A stretch of 62,124 bases of DNA, filler included. It is 4 parts of 4 records of this genome, joined end to end, with 100 filler letters (N's around TTAATTAATTAA, not from the genome) between each part and the next. Parts side by side here need not be neighbours in the genome. Positions count along the whole stretch, not along the records: positions 54,989 to 62,124 come from DRR723986_9776; 3 more parts are not named here. One strand, written 5' to 3'. The position numbers and the translations under genes were made by a program. Under the pieces are notes generated by a model, which was not told where the DNA came from, did no database searches, and saw only the letters and a list, made by a program, of their open reading frames with translations. Position 1 is the first letter of the stretch. Each line of letters begins with the position of its first letter. Positions 57,853 to 62,124 of this stretch are shown here, one piece after another.

Positions 57853-58845
57853 ATGCATACAATTACAGTTCAACGCGTAGAAGAATTAATCGGACAATGG
57901 GGCGGAAAACGCATCGCCGTCATCGGTGACGTAATGCTTGACCGCTACTTTTGGGGCAACGTTGGACGCGTTTCGCCGGAAGCCCCGGTCCCGGTTGTAG
58001 ACATTGAGGATGAGTCCTTCCACCTGGGTGGCGCATCCAATGTAGCCAACAACCTAAAATCGCTCGGTGCCGATCCGCTGATGCTCGGCATTGTCGGCGA
58101 CGACAATTCGGGCCGCACGCTGACCGACATTCTCTCAGCCTCCGGCATGGAGACCAGCGGCATAATTGTCGATGATTCGCGTCCCACCACCGTCAAAACG
58201 CGCATCATCGGCAACAATCAGCACATTGCACGCCTGGACCGCGAAGTCAAAAATCCGATCAGCCCCGAGGTGCGCCGCCGCCTGCTGCAAGCCCTGGAAG
58301 AACATGCCGACGAAATTTGCGGCATCATCCTGCAGGACTATAACAAAGGCGTCATCACTTCCGCCCTCATTTCTCAGACGATAAAAATAGCGCATCGCCA
58401 CGGGATAGCCGTCTTTGTAGACCCAAAACACGAAAATTTCTTTGAGTATAAAAGTGTTACGCTGCTCAAACCTAACATTAAGGAAACACAGGACGCACTC
58501 GGAATCAAAATTTCCTCCGATGACGACCTGCATGCCGCCGGCCGCGAGCTGCTCGAACGCCTGCAGTGTGAGCACGTGCTCGTGACGCTCGGCGCGCGTG
58601 GCATGATGTTGTTTTCGCAGCAGGGTGATCCTTCGTCCGTCAACGCACGCGCACGCCATATTGCCGACGTCTCGGGTGCGGGTGATACGGTAATCGCTAC
58701 GATTGCAGCGGCGACGGCCGGTGGCGCTCCCATGACGGAAGCCGCGACCCTGGCTAACTTTGCCGCCGGTGTGGTCTGTGAAGAGCCCGGCATTGTTTCG
58801 ATTGAAACTGGCGATCTGCTGCGCGTTGTGCGCCAATGTGAATAA
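57853..58845 (+). CDS. rfaE1: D-glycero-beta-D-manno-heptose-7-phosphate kinase
   Basis: Motifs GDVMLDRY, RVSPEAPVPV, DYNKG and DVSGAGDT. Confidence 0.92.
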   Translation: MHTITVQRVEELIGQWGGKRIAVIGDVMLDRYFWGNVGRVSPEAPVPVVDIEDESFHLGGASNVANNLKSLGADPLMLGIVGDDNSGRTLTDILSASGMETSGIIVDDSRPTTVKTRIIGNNQHIARLDREVKNPISPEVRRRLLQALEEHADEICGIILQDYNKGVITSALISQTIKIAHRHGIAVFVDPKHENFFEYKSVTLLKPNIKETQDALGIKISSDDDLHAAGRELLERLQCEHVLVTLGARGMMLFSQQGDPSSVNARARHIADVSGAGDTVIATIAAATAGGAPMTEAATLANFAAGVVCEEPGIVSIETGDLLRVVRQCE

Positions 58846-58880
58846 TAGCTGCCGCTTCGGCATCAGGAGTGTGAGTTGCC

Positions 58881-59354
58881 ATGATCTATTCCCGCGACAT
58901 CCTGGCACAGCTGTGCCGCGAACAGCAAAATCATGAGCGCAAAGTAGTTTTTACCAATGGCTGCTTTGACATCCTGCATCGTGGCCACGTCACGTATCTG
59001 CAGGCGGCACGCAACTTGGGCGATATTCTGGTACTGGGCCTCAACAGCGATGCTTCGGTGCGGCGCCTTAAAGGCCCCACGCGTCCCATCAACAATGCCG
59101 AGGACCGCGCCTTTGTCCTGGCGGGCCTGCGTTCGATAGACTATGTGACGGTTTTTGACGAGGACACGCCGCTGGAGCTGATCCAATTGCTGCAGCCGGA
59201 CATCCTCGTCAAGGGTGGTGACTACAGCGAAGAAAACATTGTTGGCGCCGACATCGTCAGGGCGCGTGGCGGGAGTGTCCGGACAATCCCCTTTGTTGAC
59301 GGCAAATCTACCAGCAACATGATCCAGGCGATCAATGCGCAGCACTCCAAGTGA
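58881..59354 (+). CDS. rfaE2: D-glycero-beta-D-manno-heptose-1-phosphate adenylyltransferase
   Basis: Motifs FTNGCFDILHRGH, GLNSDASV and KGGDY. Confidence 0.93.
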   Translation: MIYSRDILAQLCREQQNHERKVVFTNGCFDILHRGHVTYLQAARNLGDILVLGLNSDASVRRLKGPTRPINNAEDRAFVLAGLRSIDYVTVFDEDTPLELIQLLQPDILVKGGDYSEENIVGADIVRARGGSVRTIPFVDGKSTSNMIQAINAQHSK

Positions 59355-60048
59355 CATTCGCGGAAACGACGTGACGCTGGACGGTCGCGATGCGGCGCAG
59401 CTGCGGGCGCTGTTGCAGGCGCCGCAGGCCTATGTGACGCTGAACGCGACACTACCGGATGCCTCATTTTTTGCATCCCTGCCCAAGACATTCCACGTGG
59501 CGGCTGATGGTGCGGGGCTGCGGCTGCGGGCTTTGGGCGTGGAGCCGGACCTTGTGATTGGCGATCTTGACTCTCTGGGGGCGGATCATGGCTTTGCGGC
59601 TGAGCGGATCATCCGGATTGCGGATCAGGACTCCTGCGACTTTGAAAAATGTCTGGTGCATTGTTTGTCGCTCGGCTTAAACACGGTCATGGTTCTGGGG
59701 CTGCACGGTGGTGAGCTGGAACACACGCTTAACAACTGGAGCGTTTTTACGCGCTTTGCCACACAAATGTCCCTGTGCATGTACGACGCCGGACGCCTGG
59801 GATTTGCCGTCCATCAAAAACTGCGCCTGCCAACGCGCCGCGGAGAAATGATATCTTTTATTCCGCAGCCGCAGGCCAACATGACCAGCAGCGGTGTTAA
59901 ATGGCCATTAACACGCACCGACCTAAAAATTGGCGGACGCGACGGGGCACGCAATCGCGCTACGGATGATGCGATTGAGTTAACAGTCCACAGCGGTACC
60001 GTCTTAACGTTCTGCGATGCAGGCTACGACAGGTTTGGGACTGTATAA
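59335..60048 (+). CDS. Thiamine diphosphokinase
   Basis: Motifs AADGAG, IGDLDS, DQDSCDFEK and GVKWPL. Start uncertain. Confidence 0.85.
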   Translation: MRSTPSDIRGNDVTLDGRDAAQLRALLQAPQAYVTLNATLPDASFFASLPKTFHVAADGAGLRLRALGVEPDLVIGDLDSLGADHGFAAERIIRIADQDSCDFEKCLVHCLSLGLNTVMVLGLHGGELEHTLNNWSVFTRFATQMSLCMYDAGRLGFAVHQKLRLPTRRGEMISFIPQPQANMTSSGVKWPLTRTDLKIGGRDGARNRATDDAIELTVHSGTVLTFCDAGYDRFGTV

Positions 60049-60137
60049 TCCGCAGTGCTTCTGCAGGCAGACACGAAAAATTTCCTGACATAGAAGATTG
60101 TTCTAACATTTAACATCCTATTTTTCGGAGAGGCCTC

Positions 60138-60881
60138 ATGCAACGAGAAGTTCACTCCTGGTGGAGTCCGCGACTGGATCGCGAAATGGAAGTAGCTGTT
60201 TACGGGCACTACGGTTACGCCTTGCTGCTCTTCCCTACAGCTGCTGCTGACTTCCTGGAATACGAGCGTTTTCACATGATCGATGCAATTTCGGAAGCTG
60301 TTAACGGCGGCCGCTGCAAAGTGTTTTCGATTAACAGCATTAACAGTGAAAGCTGGTTAAATTCGGAAATGACGGGGCGCGACAAAGTCATTCGCCACCA
60401 GCAGTACAACGAATACATTGCTGAGGAAGTTGTTCCGTTTATTCACACGCAGTGTAACGGCAAAGTTCCGATTATCACCAGTGGTGCTTCGCTCGGTGCA
60501 TTCCATGCGGCCAACACGCTCTTCAGACGTCCCGACATTTTTGACGGTACGATTGCAATGAGCGGCATCTACGATCTTAAGTCCTACTCCAAGGGCTACT
60601 GGGACGAGGAATGTTTCTACAACTCGCCAACGGATTACATGCCGGGTCTGGAGGATCAAAAAATTCTTTCGCACTTACAGCAAAAGAAACACATCCACTT
60701 CGTCAGCGGCTCCGGCAACTACGAAGCGCCGGAAGCATCCGAGCTGATGGGCAAGATTCTGGAGCTCAAAGGTATTTCCGCCGAAGTTGATATCTGGGGC
60801 AAAGACATGCCGCATGACTGGCCAACCTGGCGTGCAATTCTGCCCTATTACCTGAACAACAAAATCTCCGACATTTTCTAG
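60138..60881 (+). CDS. Putative esterase (alpha/beta hydrolase)
   Basis: Motifs YGHYG, GASLG and HDWPTW. Confidence 0.85.
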   Translation: MQREVHSWWSPRLDREMEVAVYGHYGYALLLFPTAAADFLEYERFHMIDAISEAVNGGRCKVFSINSINSESWLNSEMTGRDKVIRHQQYNEYIAEEVVPFIHTQCNGKVPIITSGASLGAFHAANTLFRRPDIFDGTIAMSGIYDLKSYSKGYWDEECFYNSPTDYMPGLEDQKILSHLQQKKHIHFVSGSGNYEAPEASELMGKILELKGISAEVDIWGKDMPHDWPTWRAILPYYLNNKISDIF

Positions 60882-60951
60882 TCAGAAGCTTAAACAGCAA
60901 AACTATTCCACGACTACTATATTTAACATACAATCAATCGGAACGATTAAC

Positions 60952-61803
60952 ATGCAGAAGATAGCAGTGATTGGCGCAGGTACAATGGGCAACGGGATTG
61001 TCCACGTCTTTGCACAGAACGGCAAAAATGTCACAATGATTGACATCAGCGAAGCCGCTCTGGAACGCGGTATGAAGACGATTAACAAAAACCTGGACCG
61101 CATGGTCGCCAAGGAAAAAATCAGTGCTGACGACAAGGCGCAGACGATCGCGCGTATTAACACCAGCACAGACCTTGCCGCCGCCGTGGCAGACGTGGAC
61201 CTGGTAATTGAAGCCGCTACGGAAGACGCCGACCTCAAGAATAAGATTTTCCAGCAGTTGGATGAAGCCTGTAAAGCCGATGCAATTCTGGCTACCAACA
61301 CTTCCTCAATTTCAATTACAGAAATTGCGGGCGCAACCAAACGTCCCGACAAAGTAATTGGCATGCACTTCTTTAACCCGGTGCCGGTCATGAAACTTGT
61401 TGAAATCGTACGCGGCCTGGCCACGAGCGATGAAGTGTTTCAGGCAACGTACGACGTCTCCAAAGACCTCGGCAAAGTTCCGGTAGAAGTTCAGGATTAC
61501 CCTGGATTCATCTCCAACCGCATCCTGATGCCGATGATTAACGAAGCCGTGTACTGTGTGATGGAAAACGTTGCAACAGTTGAAGATATCGACACGGTCA
61601 TGAAACTCGGTATGGCGCACCCAATGGGGCCATTGACGCTGGCGGATTTCATTGGTCTGGACGTCTGCCTCGCAATTATGGAAGTGCTGCACGACGGTTT
61701 GGGCGACGGCAAATATCGTCCTTGTCCACTGCTCCGCAAAATGGTTGCAGCCGGCCATCTGGGTCGTAAATCCGGCAAAGGTTTCTACGATTACAGCAAG
61801 TAA
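60952..61803 (+). CDS. hbd: 3-hydroxybutyryl-CoA dehydrogenase
   Basis: Motifs [24 protein letters not shown] and GRKSGKGFY. Confidence 0.93.
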   Translation: MQKIAVIGAGTMGNGIVHVFAQNGKNVTMIDISEAALERGMKTINKNLDRMVAKEKISADDKAQTIARINTSTDLAAAVADVDLVIEAATEDADLKNKIFQQLDEACKADAILATNTSSISITEIAGATKRPDKVIGMHFFNPVPVMKLVEIVRGLATSDEVFQATYDVSKDLGKVPVEVQDYPGFISNRILMPMINEAVYCVMENVATVEDIDTVMKLGMAHPMGPLTLADFIGLDVCLAIMEVLHDGLGDGKYRPCPLLRKMVAAGHLGRKSGKGFYDYSK

Positions 61804-61866
61804 TCTGGCGCCTGTGCAGACAGATTGTTAAGTCCGGTTCAAAGCCAACACTTAACAGATACAAAT

Positions 61867-61902
61867 AAACGGACGATGGCATTGTGCTGTCGTCCGTTTT
61901 TT
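61867..61902 (+). terminator. Intrinsic terminator after hbd
   Basis: AAACGGACGATGGCA-TTG-TGCTGTCGTCCGTTT stem followed by a T run. Confidence 0.75.
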
Positions 61903-62095
61903 GTTTGTTTAATGCATTTGAGGTGTTTTGACCGGCTTGATTTGGTCGCCCTTCTATTATTTTGGCGGGGCTTCCTTTTCCAGGCCATTTTGTTTGTCGT
62001 TGAGTTAGACGTCTCTGAGAATTTGTTGCTTAAGGCTTGTTGTTTTGGGGTTTGGGGGTTGGTGGGATTTTGGGTTTGTCCTACAAGTGTCCTAC

Positions 62096-62124
62096 AGGCT
62101 GTTAGCCCTAAGGGCTAACAGCCT
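62096..62124. repeat. REP-like palindrome AGGCTGTTAGCCC-TAA-GGGCTAACAGCCT
   Basis: Perfect 13-bp arms; shares the CTGTTAGCC/GGCTAACAG core with 54989-55015. Confidence 0.75.

Noticed and set aside
61825-62118. 97-aa ORF at the window end
   Set aside because: It spans a terminator and a low-complexity G/T tract, so it is unlikely to be coding.
54989-62124. Contig 4 as a transposon or linear replicon with terminal inverted repeats
   Set aside because: It contains only housekeeping genes and no transposase or replication gene. The ends share only a short palindrome core, which assembly breaks at dispersed repeats explain better.

Overview
This window is four unrelated contigs joined by artificial 100-nt linkers (N-run, TTAATTAATTAA, N-run), so gene neighbourhoods must not be read across the joins. 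Contig 1 (1-18281) looks alphaproteobacterial and holds a TRAP/dehydrogenase/GMC-oxidoreductase locus, an HTH/beta-propeller/DUF899 cassette, a HlyD pair and a probable D-apiose uptake and oxidation operon. Contig 2 (18382-31185) is very GC-rich and Rhodobacteraceae-like. It carries tgt, sqdBDC, bmt and guaA, a double-hairpin repeat family and a small gene with a perfect CtrA box. Contig 3 (31286-54888) is the most interesting part: a planctomycete-type integrative element of at least 23.6 kb next to tRNA-Lys(CTT). It has tandem excisionase-like HTH genes, a stand-alone family-A-polymerase-like gene followed by a hairpin cluster, a ParB/Spo11-TOPRIM fusion, and small and large terminases with no recognisable portal, capsid or tail genes. 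It also carries a coupled three-gene cassette (COMM-domain-like protein, helical protein, permuted papain-like enzyme) that is a candidate new defence system, a serine recombinase, four minor pilins, secreted enzymes and a tyrosine integrase whose reading frame ends inside the tRNA. Contig 4 (54989-62124) is housekeeping DNA from a Bacteroidota/Ignavibacteria-like organism, bounded by related palindromes. All calls come from motif reading by eye; no database search was run.
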